A stretch of 64,000 nucleotides of DNA from Stegostoma tigrinum (Eukaryota): NCBI RefSeq assembly GCF_030684315.1, contig NC_081359.1, positions 97,360,925 through 97,424,924 of the forward strand, written 5' to 3'. The stretch's first letter is position 1; every line of letters starts with the position of its first letter. The notes beneath the pieces are model-generated. The model was not told the origin of the DNA. It worked only from the letters and a program-made list of their open reading frames with translations, and did not search any database. Positions 1-13,539 of this stretch are shown here, piece after piece. Made by a program: the position numbers and the translations under genes.

Positions 1-42
1 ATTTTATGATGTACTATTCTGTATTCTGATTTACATACAAAC

Positions 43-355
43 CATAGAACATAGAACATTACAGCACAGTACAGGCCATTCAGCCCTCGATGTTGTGCCG
101 ACCTGTCATACCGATCTCAAGCCCATCTAACCTACACTATTCCATGTACGTCCATATGCTTGTCCAATGACGACTTAAATGTACCTAAAGTTGGCAAATC
201 TATTACCATTGCAGGCAAAGCGTTCCATTCCCTTACTACTCTGAGTAAATAAACTACCTCTGACATCTGTCCTATATCATTCACCCCTCAATTTAAAGTA
301 TGCCCCCTCGTGCTCACCATCACCATCCTAGGAAAAAGGCTCTCCCTATCCACCC
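43..355 (-). mobile_element. CR1/HER1-type LINE 3' end
   Basis: (catagaa)n tail followed by the typical 3' UTR and last ORF2 codons. Similar ends occur at 63647-63845 and 27865-28118. Confidence 0.8.
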
Positions 356-554
356 GTCTTAATGAACTTACGAACACGTTCAGGAATGAAACTTATTTGT
401 AACCCAGGACTACCTGCACTAAGAACTAAAATTTCAAGAATTAGCTAAAAAGATTGTTCCTGTAATAATAAAATCCAAACAGTATTCCTTGTTTTGAGTG
501 TGCATTTCAAAAGCAATTGAAATTAATTCACTCCAAGTTGTACATTATTCCATC

Positions 555-845
555 ACTCCAGCACTGATGCTCAGTAACAGCAATGTGTGCATGTACAAGA
601 TGCACTACAAATTCAAAGATCCTCCATGCCTTCCAAATTCACTACCACTTCCATCTGGAAAGACAAGGACAGCAGATACACGGACCATGTCCTTCAACTT
701 CCCCTCCAAGCCACTCACCATCCTGACTTGGAAGTATAACTCTACTCCTTCACTGTCAATATCCTGAAATTCCCTCCTTAACAGTATTGTGGAACTTGCT
801 ACAGGATACAGATTGCAGCAGTTCAAGATGGCGGTTCATCACCCT
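555..845 (+). mobile_element. Degraded LINE 3' fragment (CR1/L2 group)
   Basis: The block ttcccctccaagccactcaccatcctgacttggaa...gcagcagttcaag recurs at 36810-37170 (+) and 35090-35660 (-). Confidence 0.65.
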
Positions 846-1009
846 CTTTCTTTTATGCTTCTCCCATGAGATTATGTGGCAGTGCATATAACCATCAGAG
901 TGAGGTACTGAGTCAATTCCACTATGTGAAGGAATGGATTTCATTCGAGTTTTCACATTCATTTGAACAGTCAGACAAGACACATAAAGGGTATTTCACT
1001 GAATTATAC

Positions 1010-1153
1010 CTGTGCAAAGTGGTCCCGTTTCAAATACAGCTGGTTGTGAAAGAATCTGTCTCAATTTATCCTGGTGCATGAGCAAGGCTCGGGCTGCCTT
1101 CAGTATGTACAGTCTCAGCTGCTGACATCTTAACAAGTATAAATCCACTTGAT
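1010..1153 (-). CDS. HERC2: HERC2 coding exon (144 nt)
   Basis: aatcag|(D)QVDLYLLRCQQLRLYILKAARALLMHQDKLRQILSQPAVFETGPLCT g|gtataa. Confidence 0.95.
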
Positions 1154-2674
1154 CTGATTGGAGGGACAGAAGGAAGGAAAACATACATTTATATTAATTC
1201 AAGAATACAGTTTCACTACAAAAATCAGTTTGATTGGGAAACAGCACAACCAAAACATTTTAGGAAACTATGAAAACGCCTCATGTTAAAAAATATAAAT
1301 AAATGATGCACAAACATTTTAAATATCACATACTCAGGTCCTGTGCAGTACAGGAAGAAATTCTAAGCGGATTCAATCTTCAATGTTATGAGAGGAGAGC
1401 ATTCAAGTCAAAAGTGCACAAAGGTGGTGTTCTCTTGTTAGTTCAGTACAGTTTCAGAAGCAATTATACCGAAAAACTAATGCAAATTTACATTTTAATG
1501 TACAGTACACTTCAGTGACTGATTCAGAAATCACAAGTGCTTAAGAACAATCAAAAACTAAATTACTGAGCAACTTCAATTGTATTTACTCGACTTGTAT
1601 GTTGTCACACATCTTGTACATAGCTTTCTAACTAATCTTGTAGCTTCCAGTTGGAATGAGAGTAATGATGATCTGAAGTGGTCGAAAAAATCTTTACCAG
1701 GATGCAAAATACTTCAGAGGGTGGGCAAATTAACCCAGGAAACTTTAATTGCAGAGAAGACGAATCAAAGAAAAAAGTCACCCCTGTAAGTAGAATGCTA
1801 ATAGACACTGTGGTGAAGGAATCAACGAGGAGGAAGAAGCCTTTTCATAGGAGCTGGGGTTCTTGTACCAGGTCAACGCTCACAGGTCATTATGAACCAC
1901 AGTGGGCTCCACCAGCTCCTACATCACTCAGGTACAGCACCTTGCCTGGCCCAGCACATCTATTTTAATTAGTTAGTTCTTAATTTGATTTTCTAATTTT
2001 TGTCTAAGTTTTGTCCTGTTTTGTACCCTTTGACAAAGGCATTCAAATAAGAATTCCCTGAAAATCAGGGTGGAATCTCTAACATTAGGCTGCATAGATT
2101 CAAGAGCCAGAATGTGGAAAAAAACGTAGTGGATACTACTGAAATGAACACAGTGTCAGTTGCCAAATCGAGATCTGAGATCCAATTATAAAAGGTAGTA
2201 AATGGCTGGTTTTAACTGTATAATTGCAATGAAAATGCATAACTGTGACAAGATCAGCCTATATAAGGTAAGTTCAGGGAATGGCCTGTTATATTTAGAT
2301 ATATGTCAGCGATTTTGAAAGAAATGCTTGTTAACTGATATCTGTGGTTTTGTGCCAAGCTAAATACTATGGTGCCTAGTAAATGAATGTTTTCCTTCAA
2401 TGTTATGCCTTTAAGTTTCAAGCAGGGCTGACAGTTATGGAAGAAATTGTCTAATTCTACTTCTGAGTGCAACTACATCAATAAAAGATGTAGGTGCAAT
2501 TGTTGCTACATGAATGTATCATAAAATGAATGAGTCAGTGAGATAACAAATGGAACCCTTAAAATCAGAAAAGTAGCACCACTGAAAATCTTATCAAGAA
2601 ATTTCTCTGTTGTAAAGTGCTCTTTGGTCTCTACTCTATTTCACAACAAAAACTGAAGCTCATATTTTAATTAC

Positions 2675-2810
2675 CTGTGAGGCTTTGGCTAGATTTCTTC
2701 ATTTTGCGCTTTTCAAGTTTGCTCCCCGCTAGATTCACCAATTGAGCCCAGACTGACAGCATTAGGTCAGCAAATGGCAAGTTGTTAATACTGAAGGAAG
2801 TCATTGGAAG
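2675..2810 (-). CDS. HERC2: HERC2 coding exon (136 nt)
   Basis: tttcag|LPMTSFSINNLPFADLMLSVWAQLVNLAGSKLEKRKMKKSSQSLT g|gtaatt. Confidence 0.95.
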
Positions 2811-2931
2811 CTGAAATTAAACATTAAACCATTATAAGGATTTAGATTATGGATTGAACAATCAGGCAAAACACTGTTCGTCTGCTGATATGTTTGGGCA
2901 GGGACAGGAGCTCAGCAATCATATCACCTAC

Positions 2932-3162
2932 CGGTTGTAACTCACTCAAAGGACAAACTCTGTACATTCGCATATCATGGAATTGTACAGTAATTTTTCC
3001 CTTAGGGGTAATACGAGCCACTGTCCCCTCTCCGAACTCTTCATGTGTCACCTGACCACCCAACCTCAGGCGTCCATCTACTCCACCAATCACAGCCAGT
3101 ACTGCCATCAATCCACTAATCTCTGGATTATCTGAATCTGGGAAGCAATCTTCCAAGACTGT
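2932..3162 (-). CDS. HERC2: HERC2 coding exon (231 nt)
   Basis: ttgcag|TVLEDCFPDSDNPEISGLMAVLAVIGGVDGRLRLGGQV...VCPLSELQP|gtaggt. Confidence 0.95.
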
Positions 3163-3959
3163 CTGCAAGGATTAAAAAAAGGAGACGATGGTTTTAGGCA
3201 CACAAAGATATTTTGTTGTTTAATACATAAATCCATCCAAATATTCTCAAGCTCAATCACAATGGCCTTCTTAAGTATAAGCAATTGCCTGGCATTGAGT
3301 CAGCCAACAATAAACCCCTTTGCAATCCATGTTAGTCCCAGCCACAGAATCCAGTGCAAGCAATACTTGGTTTGAAAAGTTCTCAAAATAAACATGCAAA
3401 ATTTCAAAAACAAAAGCACACAGGTTTCACACTTCTTCCAACAAAACAGCAGCTAACTGGCATCAATGTGGCCTTCTACAGGAAAAGGTTTCAAAGATCT
3501 TCACATTGAAGAAATTTCACAAAGTATTGTGAGGGGAAATCATAGCAACATAAGATTAAAACAAATGAATTGGAACAAGATTGGCACCAGATTGGCACCA
3601 TACAGAAACTTATGGAGTCACAATAAGGTGGCAGAATTCAGAACTTTCTAAATCTTGATCTCATTCTTCAAAAATGACAAACAATTACATCAAAGTATCA
3701 AGGCAATAGAAACTGAGCAATAAAGCCCCTCAATGCTCAAGTAAACGCTGTGGGAGGCAACTACTTTTTTTTCCAGAGAATTCAAATTTCAAGAAGTTCA
3801 AAAGCCACCATGAAACAAGTCTATTTTTGACAAAACACATCTTCCGAAAAGAGGAACCAATACCATTCCAAATGTAGCTCTCATTCTTAAGCTGCAGAAT
3901 GAAGTTTGAGCAATTTCCAACAAATATTAAATCACAAGAATAACCCTGCGCATTTTAAA

Positions 3960-4400
3960 AAGCAAATAAAGCAGTACTACATGCAACGGGTAGACCACAC
4001 TGTCTGCATGCCCAGAACAAGACTCACCAAATAAGTGGTCTACTCTGCAATGGCAAGCTATCAGGAGGACAGCAGAAGAAAAACAAGGACCCTCTGAAAG
4101 CCTCCATGAACAAATGCAACATCCCCACAAAGGGGGGAATCTCTTTCCCGAGAGCAGGTAAACCAGAGAAAAAGCACTTGCAAAGATGCCAAACACTTGA
4201 AGCGTCACTGAGCAGAGCAAGAAGAGGCCAAGTACAAGCCACCAGAACTGTGCTGAGAACCCAGAGTGTTCCATCCAGCCACCTCCTCAAACATCACAAG
4301 ATCCACTTGTGGCTGAGTCTGCAGCTCCTGAATTGGGCTATTTAACCACAGCAGAACCCAAACTCCCCACTTCCCCAGTGGAAGCAAATCATTCTCAACA
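3960..4400 (+). mobile_element. Degraded RTE-clade LINE 3' end
   Basis: Translates to GGQQKKNKDPLKASMNKCNIP and a terminal C..C...IGLFNHSRT-like motif typical of RTE ORF C-termini. Confidence 0.6.
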
Positions 4401-4435
4401 TGAGGGACAGGCAAAGAATGCAACATTATACTTAC

Positions 4436-4632
4436 TGCCTCTGGCACTTTATCACTCATGATTTCACTGATGCAATTCAGCTGAGAATTGATGTAGTCAT
4501 TGATAAGTCCATTCCACTGATTCAGAGTGTGAAGAGTTCGCAACAGTGCAACGATTTCCTCTGCTAGTGTGCTACTGTGGGTGGCAGTCAGAGAAGCTGG
4601 AGGTCTAGCTTTTCTTCTTCTCAACATTCCAT
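4436..4632 (-). CDS. HERC2: HERC2 coding exon (197 nt)
   Basis: ttacag|(D)GMLRRRKARPPASLTATHSSTLAEEIVALLRTLH...DKVPEA|gtaagt. Confidence 0.95.
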
Positions 4633-4742
4633 CTGTAAGCACAAGAAGCCGCCGCTTTAATCATATATTTATTTTTAAAATATTATGGACTTATCAAATA
4701 ATATGGGAAGAAATACATCTACCAGTCATAAAGGGCGCTCAC

Positions 4743-4890
4743 CTCTTAAGAGTGGAAGGTCACTTGAACAGGTGCTCAGAAGGCTACCCAAAAACACAAA
4801 TAACTTTTCAACAAGGAACTTCATGTCTTTTGACCGCTCATCTCTGTCCCAGGAAGGAAGAACTGCTTGCAGCAAACGCAGCGCTAAGAT
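4743..4890 (-). CDS. HERC2: HERC2 coding exon (148 nt)
   Basis: tgttag|ILALRLLQAVLPSWDRDERSKDMKFLVEKLFVFLGSLLSTCSSDLPLLR g|gtgagc. Confidence 0.95.
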
Positions 4891-5559
4891 CTAACACAAA
4901 TTAAAAAGCAAACGTCCATGTTCACAGAAGTATTACAGCAACCCAAACCTGATCAACCTCTCATGTGAAAGTTATTACACACTGCTTTTTTTTTAAATCT
5001 TGCATTCAGTTTGAATCCAATCTGCTATCCTTCCCTCATATGCCTTAATCTTTACCGAAGCTCTGCATGACTGCCAACACTTTGACAAGGGCACAGCTAA
5101 GCTTTAGAGATGGTGCAACGCCAGAAATCCCAGGAGGTCTCAGCAGCGGTCAATACTTCCACCTGTGGCAAGTGGGAGAACAAGACGATGGATGCCATAA
5201 GGACACAGTACATTGGTAATGGGTTGAGTTTGAGAAGATAGTGAGTTTTTTTTCACCCCCCCACACACTTGGGCTTGCACAGAAAAATTCTCCATGAAAC
5301 TTGCCAAAATTGACACTTAGCTGTTTTCTGATATAATTTAGTCCCATCATTCCAGAGGTGAAAAATGAAAATGCTCCCTTTGTCAATGTTAACATTTTCC
5401 TTTGATTAGCATAAAGTACTGTAACCATGTGACTTGGAAGGGGGAAAAAAATAAAGGATACTTCAGATAAATGCTATAGCAGATTATTTTAACAGTGTCT
5501 CAAACACATCTCGCCTTTGGTTTCTTTGAACAAAAAAAATGCACAACAGGAGTTCTCAC

Positions 5560-5744
5560 CTGTCGCTGCAGAGACACAGCAGTGAATGACTGTTGTCCTT
5601 CAACAATTTTGGTCAGCAAGCTGATCCACTGAGATGAACTCAGAGTACTACACATTCGAGGAGTAATTGCTACACTTCTAATGAAACCCAGGGTACACCA
5701 GCTCCTGTGTTGCTCTCTGGATACAACTTTGTTTATAGAAGAAA
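5560..5744 (-). CDS. HERC2: HERC2 coding exon (185 nt)
   Basis: ttctag|(V)SSINKVVSREQHRSWCTLGFIRS...AVSLQRQ|gtgaga. Confidence 0.95.
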
Positions 5745-7408
5745 CTAGAAACAACAGACAAATGTTCATCTCACCAAACAACATTTTTATTTCTACAGTA
5801 GCTCAAGTGCAAGGGCAACAAGAGTAAAATATTCTAATCAGTTGAGCAGAAGTCAGTCACAGGAATAAAACCAGCCATTCCAACATTTCAATACTATCAG
5901 CAACAATACATATTCAGTTTGAAGTCAGTGTCCAAGTAGTTTCTTATGTCAAATGACTTGTTGCAAGATTCTTGACATATAATGTTACTTGGAGGGTTTA
6001 AGTTTTGAAAAACTGTGGAAAAATCGGACTATTCCAAGCTATGGAAAAACTTCTTTGAAGTAAATAATTGAATAATTGAAAGTAATTAGTTCACTATGGA
6101 CATTAAAGATTTTACTTTTGGCAAGGTTTCCTACAAATCACATGACTGGTGATAATCATTTGCTTTGCTGCAGGTTCTTGCTAGAGCTGTTTTTGAAGAC
6201 TTGAAGAGGTTCCAGTTTGCTTCAGTTGGAGCAAAACCTGCGAACAGCAACCGGAACTGGAAGGTTTTTGAAGAAAAAGCTCTCACATTTTGGAAAAGAA
6301 AACCCTCTTGTTGAATTCAGGGTGAAACTACTTGCTATTTTGAAAAAGAGTGACTGAAGAAGCATCAAGATTGTAGTTCTTGAATTAGCCAAACTTCAAG
6401 GACAAACATGCACGACTTGACCACATGCCAGAACCGAGTAAGAGTCTGGCATATTTTCAGCTTTATCCTTTTGTCTTCAAAAATAACCCCTTCACACACT
6501 AACTTTAAGAAAAAGCCAAAAGAGGCCATCTCTGCAGAGAAATATATGACTTTCCCTTTTGAAGTGACAGCATTTGCGTGCATTTTGGGAACATTTAGAA
6601 GGGTAGGCTTTTATACTTCCGTATCATTACTGAATAAATTGAGTTTTGAGAATATACCAATAATTTTGTGAACTAAGAAACCAGGTTGCCAGATCTTATT
6701 TAAAACCTGATGTCAATAAGGTACTTAATTTATTACCTTGATAACTGGATAAACTATTTTTGTTTCATGTTGAAGCCATGAAGCAGTGGAGTAAGAGCAC
6801 TGGTACAGTCCTTCAGCCTCAGTGGTAACAAAGTCAATGTCTTAATGACTGAAAATTTCATACTGCTCAGTAAAATTAAATTTTTACCAACCTCGAAGCA
6901 TCAGGACATAAAATCTCTCTCCCCTATTGTAAGGAAGAATGGTCTTAACTTGGGGCTAAAATACTTGATTTAATGACGATCTAAAGGGTCAGATTAGAGG
7001 TGTAAATTGTAAATAGTGGGAGAAGAGTTCTCTCAGCTGCTTCAAAAGGATCGTGATTGGGAGGATTATACTTTTAACTGGGAAATGAGGTTTCATTCAG
7101 AATTTCTACACAAGCCCAAAAGTTAGTATGTATTTACTCGATAATCACAGTATACCGTCAGTGAGAAATTGCCTGGCTTTAATTTCATTACAGTAGGCAC
7201 TGCTGAATAGAAGTTAGGGACTAAAATACAACATCACACCTGCGGTTCTACAACTGTCATATCATTAAAAGAAAAACAAAACACATCAGCTCTTCATAAC
7301 ATTAATGTGTTCACCCTCGGCCACTGATAAATACCAACGTACTTGTTCTCCAGAACATTGTCACTCGCTAAATATTGTTTTATGGTTTTTCTAAAAAAAT
7401 TCAATTAC

Positions 7409-7591
7409 CAGTTTTATCTGATGCCCCACTCTCCACAAGCATTCTCAAAAGACCACATAAAGTTTTGGTAGCTTCATTTTGGACTAGGTCTGAGTGAATT
7501 CCAGCAGAAAGTGACAATGTTTGCAGAAGATTAACTGTTCCCAACAACAGCATCACAGTTGGATGTGTGTTCTTCTCAATGGGTTCTGCTT
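7409..7591 (-). CDS. HERC2: HERC2 coding exon (183 nt)
   Basis: acacag|(E)AEPIEKNTHPT...EATKTLCGLLRMLVESGASDKT g|gtaatt. Confidence 0.95.
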
Positions 7592-7949
7592 CTGTGTACA
7601 AAACAGCATCACAAGAAAACGTGATTAGATTTTTAGTTTCTAGATGCAAGAATCTTTTCTTTAACAATCATTCAAAATGTGAAGGAAGCCCAGAAAGCTG
7701 GCAATTGAAGAACACCCAGTACAAGTCCTAAATGGTATGCTGTTTTTATTTTGAGATAGTGCAGGAAAAACTGGAAGACAAATTTACAAGATTATCAGAA
7801 CATGTGTTCTGATAATAAAGCACTATAAATTGATTAAATATACCTTTCAACTGAATTTTGAAGACCTCCACTAACACAAAACTCCTTCAATTTCCAATGA
7901 AACTAAACTCTATAATCAAACTGTTAAATAGGCTTTAAAAATATCACAA

Positions 7950-8985
7950 GCACAGAAATATTGAAGATAGAAGCGGGAGTAGGCCATTCAACTCCTCAAG
8001 CCTATTCTGCCTTTCAGTAAAATCATGGCAGATTATCAAGCCCAGTACCCTGATGCTACCCTTCTTCCATATTCCTTGATCCATTGAGCCACAAGACATT
8101 TATCCACTTCTTTCTTGAAAACAATGTTTTGGCCTCAACTACTTTCTGCCGTAGCGAATTCCACAGGCTCAGCACCTTCTGGGTGAAGAAACCTCTCCGC
8201 TCAGTCCTGAAAGATTCACCGCTTAAAAGTATGACCCCTGGTTCTGGACTTTCCCACCACCAGGAACATCCTTCTTGCCTCTGACATCTCAGCCCATTAG
8301 AATTTTATTACTTTTCTGTGACATCCCCCCGCTTCCATACTTCTAAACTCCTGTGAATACAATCTAATCAACTCAACCTCTCATCACACATCAGTCCTGC
8401 CATTCCAGGAATCAATCTGGTAAACCATCACCACACTCTCGACAGCAAAAGCATCCTTCCTCAGGTAAGGAGGCCAAAACTGCAAACAACATTTCTGATA
8501 TGAATTTACAAATGTCCTGTACAATTACAGCAAGACATTCTTGTTCCTGCGCTTGAATCCTCTCATTATGAAAGCCAACATAGTTTGCTTCATTACTGTA
8601 TATCTCACCTGCACATTTACATGCAGCAACTGGTTCACAATGACAACTCGGTCTCATTGAACATTCCCCTCTGTCAACTTACAGCCATTCAAATAATAAC
8701 CTGCCTCCCTGTTTATGCTACCAAAAGTAGATAACCTCACATTTATCCACATTATACCACGTTTACCCACTCACTCAGACTGTCCAAATCTCACTGCCAC
8801 ATCTCTGCATTCCCCTCACAGCTCACTCTTCCATCCAGCTTTGTCACATCTGCAAATTTTGACATCCAACATTTAGTTCCCTCATTTAAATTGTTAACAT
8901 ATTGTAAATAGCTGGGGTCCAAGTAGCAGACCCGCGGTCTCCCACGAGTCATTGTCTGCCATTCAGAAAAAGACCCAATTATTCC
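7950..8985 (-). mobile_element. CR1 LINE, 5'-truncated and degraded
   Basis: RT remnant YVNNLNEGTKCWMSKFADVTKLDG plus a CR1-type 3' UTR. Confidence 0.85.
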
Positions 8986-9081
8986 TAAACAAAAACAGAA
9001 ATTGCTGAAAAAGCTCAGCAGGTCTGGCAGCACCTGTGAAGAGAAATCAGAGTTAACGCTTCGGGTCCCGTGACCCTGCCT
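8986..9081 (-). mobile_element. PLE terminal fragment, family C (degenerate HHR)
   Basis: Reverse complement of the 10825-10920 unit. Confidence 0.65.
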
Positions 9082-9336
9082 CTATGTTTCTCTGTCGTAA
9101 CTCCATGTTGGCTGCATCCGATTCTACCAGTGATTTGAGTGCGCTGCTATAAAATCTTTGACAATGAACTGCAGCGTCTTAAGCACTTGATCAACATGCT
9201 CAGGTTACCTCACAGATTAGTCTGAAAAATATCTGTTGTTGTAGTGTCCAGTACAGTTTCCCGCTTAAAATAAACACCAACGTTGAAATCCTTTTTCATT
9301 GAAATGAAATCTTAACTCAAAAATTTTATTACAAAC

Positions 9337-9529
9337 CAGAATCGTCCTCTGTGTCAGAGTCTTCAGTGGCTGGCTGTGTAGCAGGTGGTGGTTCAGCTAA
9401 TTTCAGATCATACTTTCCTTCTTTTCCCATTCTATAGGAGTTAGTGCTACCAGTATCCCACTGAACCCTGATCCAGCCGTCATCCCCCAATTCACCAATT
9501 ACACGGCCTAATCCTGGAGGTGGTCCATC
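9337..9529 (-). CDS. HERC2: HERC2 coding exon (193 nt), MIB/HERC2 domain
   Basis: ttttag|[47 protein letters not shown]...EDSDTEDDS g|gtttgt. Confidence 0.96.
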
Positions 9530-9889
9530 CTAAAAAGTACATACGTTAAAAGTAACAAAATTAAAAGGCTAGAAACCAAACAGATACATTTGTATTAGCT
9601 CAAACTGCATTCTTTTCATATTTAAATATAAAATGTAAAAGAAAATAGATGAAATTGAGGTGCTTGGGTCAGATAAAGATAGATTGTTGGCAACAAAGGG
9701 TTCGCTGCATTCTCCTGCGTGCAGGATTGTTCTGCACACAAGAAGCGGTTTACAGTTTAGGTTGATATTATCTCAGGTATGACATTAGGCCAAGTCTCAA
9801 CTTGTAGAACTGATTGCAACCAAGGGGATTGTCTAGAACAAAGGTATACACAAAATCTCCCAAGTTGTTTATTCCAACTTTAGTAGAAT

Positions 9890-11720
9890 ATTAACAACAG
9901 CCCACATTAGAGGAAGTGGTGCTGGAGGTCTTAAAAAAGGCAGATAAATCGCCAGGACTTGATCAATTGTATCCCAGGATGCTATGGTAAGTTAGGGAAG
10001 AAATCATGGAGCCCCCTAGCAGAAATATTACATCATCTATAACCACAGATGAGGTATCAGAGGACTGAAGAGTAGCCAATGTTGTGCCTTTGTGTAAGGA
10101 AGGCTGTAAGGAGAAGCCTGGGAGTTACAGAGCCGAGAGTCTGACATCAGTAGTGGATAAGTTGTTGGAGGGGATTCTCAGAAATACAATTTACAAGCAT
10201 TTGGAGAGGCAAGGATTGATTAGAGATAGTGCGAGGGAGATCACATCTCAAATTTGATAGAGTTTTTGAGGACATAACCAAAAATATTGATGAGAGCAGA
10301 GCAGGTGACATTGTCTACACGGACTTGAGTAAAGTCTCTGAGGAGAATCTGCACGGTAGCCTAATTGCTAAATTAAGACATATGGGATTCACAGAGTTTG
10401 TCAACCGGACACAAAATTGGTTTGATGGTAGGAGACAAAGGATGGAAGTGGAGGGTGGTTTTTCCAACTGGAGGCCTGTGACCAGCAGCGTGCTGTGGGG
10501 ATTGCTGCTGGGTCCATTTTTGTTTGTCATTTATACAAACGATTTGGATGGCATCATAGGAGGGATGGTTAATAAGTTTGCAAATGACACTAAAATTGGT
10601 GGTATAGTCAACAGTGAAGGTGGTCATCCAAGATTACGAAGGGAACTTCATCAATTTAGCCGAAGAGTTGAGGATTGGCAGATGGAGTTTAATTTGGATA
10701 AATGAGGTATTGTAATTTGGTAAAACAAGCAAGGGCAGACCTGAGGGAGTTAGTTGCAATATTGTCGAACAGAAAAACCGAGGAAAATTGGTGATATAGG
10801 AAGGGTCATTGGAATTCATTCATTTTGAGGAAGGGTCACCGGACCTGAAACGTTAACTCTGCTTTCTCTTTCACAGATGCTGCCAGACCTGCTGAGATTT
10901 TCCAGCAACTTTGTTTTTGCTCCACAGAACCTAGGAATTCAGGTGCATAGTTAAAAGTTTCACAGACAGACAAGGTGATTCAGGAGGAATTTAGCATGCT
11001 TGCTTTCATTGCTCAAGCTATTCAGATAAGGAATTGGGATGTCATGTTGAGTTGTACAGCATGTTGGTGAAAACATTTCTGCAGTACTGTAAACAGTTCT
11101 TGTTCCTGTAGCAGAGCAACATCATTATTAAATTGGAGTGGGTTTGGAAACGATTTACCAGAATGTGGCGAGGACTGAAGGGTATGAGGTTTAAGAATAG
11201 GCTAGATCGGATAGAACTTTTTTCACTAGAGTATAGGAGTTTGAGGGGTGGCCTGATAGAGGTTTATAAAATCAAAAGGGGCAGAGATCAGATGAATAGC
11301 AAAGGTCTTTTTCCTAGGGTTTTACCCTAAGACCGTAAGACATAGGAGTGAAAGTGAGGCCATCGAGTGCACTCCGCGATTTAATCATGGCTGATGGGCA
11401 TTTCAACGCCACTCCCCTGCACTCTCCCCGTAGCCCCGTTTTCTTGAACTTCCAAACTAGAGGGCGTGTTTTTAGGGTGCAAGGAGAAAGATTTAAAAGG
11501 GGCAACTTTTCCCACACAGAGGGTGGTTCATATACGGAATGAACTGCCAGAGGAAGTGATAGATGCACGTACAGTTACAACATTTAAAAGGCATCAGGAT
11601 GGGTACATGATTAGGAGAAATTGTGGGGGTTATGGGCCAACAGGACTAGTTTACTTTGGGAAACTTGGTCGGCATGAGAGAGTTAGGCCGAAGGGTCTGT
11701 TTCCATGCTGTGTGGCTATG
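9890..11720 (+). mobile_element. CR1 LINE ORF2 RT region to 3' end, with nested inserts
   Basis: SSVLWGLLLGPFLFVIYTNDLD...KFANDTKIGG and later CR1 C-terminal motifs. Interrupted at ~10785-10923 and ~11328-11440. Confidence 0.9.
10825..10920 (+). mobile_element. PLE terminal fragment, family C, with HHR-like core
   Basis: tTGAGGA-a-GGGTC-accg-GACCT-GAAACGTT. PLE origin is inferred from the HHR layout and similarity to family B; no family C ORF is seen here. Confidence 0.65.
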
Positions 11721-12398
11721 ATATTCGTTGTCCAGTACCGTGACCTCCAGGTACCTCACACCAGGAATTAATATAGTGTCTCTTCATAACACTCTTAAAA
11801 CTGAAACATGGACACCATCTGTAAAAGCACAATCATGAGGAAATTGTTTTTATTTTAAAAAAGACAGCATGAATCTAAGTTGTGCTTTCCCTATAAACAG
11901 CTGCACTGAATAACAGCAAAGTTACACTGTGACCAGAATTATATTCTGAGCCGAGTTCTGCTAACCTTGAACATGTAGGTAGTTGGAAAAGTAAAAATTG
12001 CATCAAAACATGGTAATAATATTTATAAAATGTTAAGGAGGTTAAATTTTAAAGCACTCTTCGAAAGCTTGATTTTACACCATGTAGCATTAAGTCCAGA
12101 TATTGCAACTGCTAATGTTTCGGTCACATTGAGATTTGACAGCAAAGCTAAATAATAATCTTTGCGTATAAATCAGAATGGCGCAGAGTAGAAATATAGA
12201 ATCCAATGCCACTGGTAAATGCAGCTAATTAAAATAATATTTACAAACAGGATAGATTGCTGAACTAGGAATACTCGTGCTCCAACTTCTTTCTCAGCTT
12301 CTCCCGAACAGAAGTGGCCCTTCAAAACAGGTAAATACTGTCCTAGGCATTTTTTAAAAATTTTTTTAGAATAGACAGATATCAGTTTACTGTAATAC

Positions 12399-12586
12399 CT
12401 GATCTCCCCATTTCCAGTCTACACCCCTCATCACTCTAGTCCCAATTTTCATCATTGCTGCCAGCTCTGGACCAGAGACAGGCAGCGGAGCTGGTGTGGT
12501 TTCCTTTCTTGATTCCTCTAAAACAGTGGCTGAGGCTCCATGAAGAGAGGCACCAATATCATCCTCACCACTATCGGAAGCAGGGC
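12399..12586 (-). CDS. HERC2: HERC2 coding exon (188 nt), start of MIB/HERC2 domain
   Basis: cttcag|(G)PASDSGEDD...[26 protein letters not shown]|gtatta. Confidence 0.96.
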
Positions 12587-13539
12587 CTGAAGGACAAAAA
12601 AAAAGTTGCAAAAAAATCAAGTTCTGAACTTTGCAAAAGTAATACGAAACTTTCCAGGAGGCAAAGAATCACATCTAAACAAATTCTTACAAATTTTTCA
12701 ACTATAAACTAAGTATGTTGAACTTCAATATGGCCCACACTGTTCTTTAAAAATCCTTGTCCAAATGATTAAGTGCTGACAATTAAAGTACACAGATACT
12801 GTTTCTTTGAAAATATACTTCTTTCCTTGTAGCTGAGTTAAGGTTCCCTCATGGCTGTGATTCACTCTTAAGCATTTTTTTATTTGCACCCTCAATCTTT
12901 GTTGAGGGAGCTACGGGCATTGAGGAGAAAACTCCAAGCAAACTACGTCACTGAAAAATCAACAAAGCTCAAGTAAAAATAAAGAAGGACGTTTGCACAT
13001 AAGTGTGGACTATATAAAAAATTAAGCAAAACCAAATCCAAATGACATCAAAGTTAAGCAGGACATAAAAATGCGGGACAAGAGTAGGACATTGAGCCCT
13101 CAAACCTGTTGTTCTGAAATTAACTGAGATCATGACAATCTGCCTAGGTTCTATTATTACTTATTAGCCCTACTCAACAAAAACACATCAATCTCAGTTC
13201 ACTAAGCCTCAACGGCTTGAGTTTTCAATATCTGCACTTTATCATTTATGAAAAGATAATCACATTATATTTAGACATCCAGAAGAGAAAAATCAACCCT
13301 GAACTAGCAGCACCTCAATTAGTTCTGATCCTCATCACAAATTCAGTAAAGCTAATATAAAATGCAGGTGTAGACAGTTGGGGTGTCCTTCCATGCCAAC
13401 ATAAATTCTGTTCCTTATCCACCTATTCCATCCCTCATCTTGACCACTGTCTGAGTTTGAACTGGGTAGTTCAATAAGTTTATTGTTCTATTACACAGGG
13501 ATATTCCAAAGCCAAGATCTCCAGCATCCACTTTTGCAA

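Noticed and set aside
1678-2040. 96-aa plus-strand ORF ending near an AT-rich tail
   Set aside because: Possibly an old LINE 3' remnant, but no motif I can assign with confidence.
4433-4440. Possible GC donor 3 nt upstream of the GT donor
   Set aside because: The canonical gtaagt donor gives the correct phase, so no GC donor is needed.
5983-6830. Possible solo LTR (tgttac...gtaaca termini)
   Set aside because: No matching TSD, no second copy and no PBS/PPT. Not supportable without a search.
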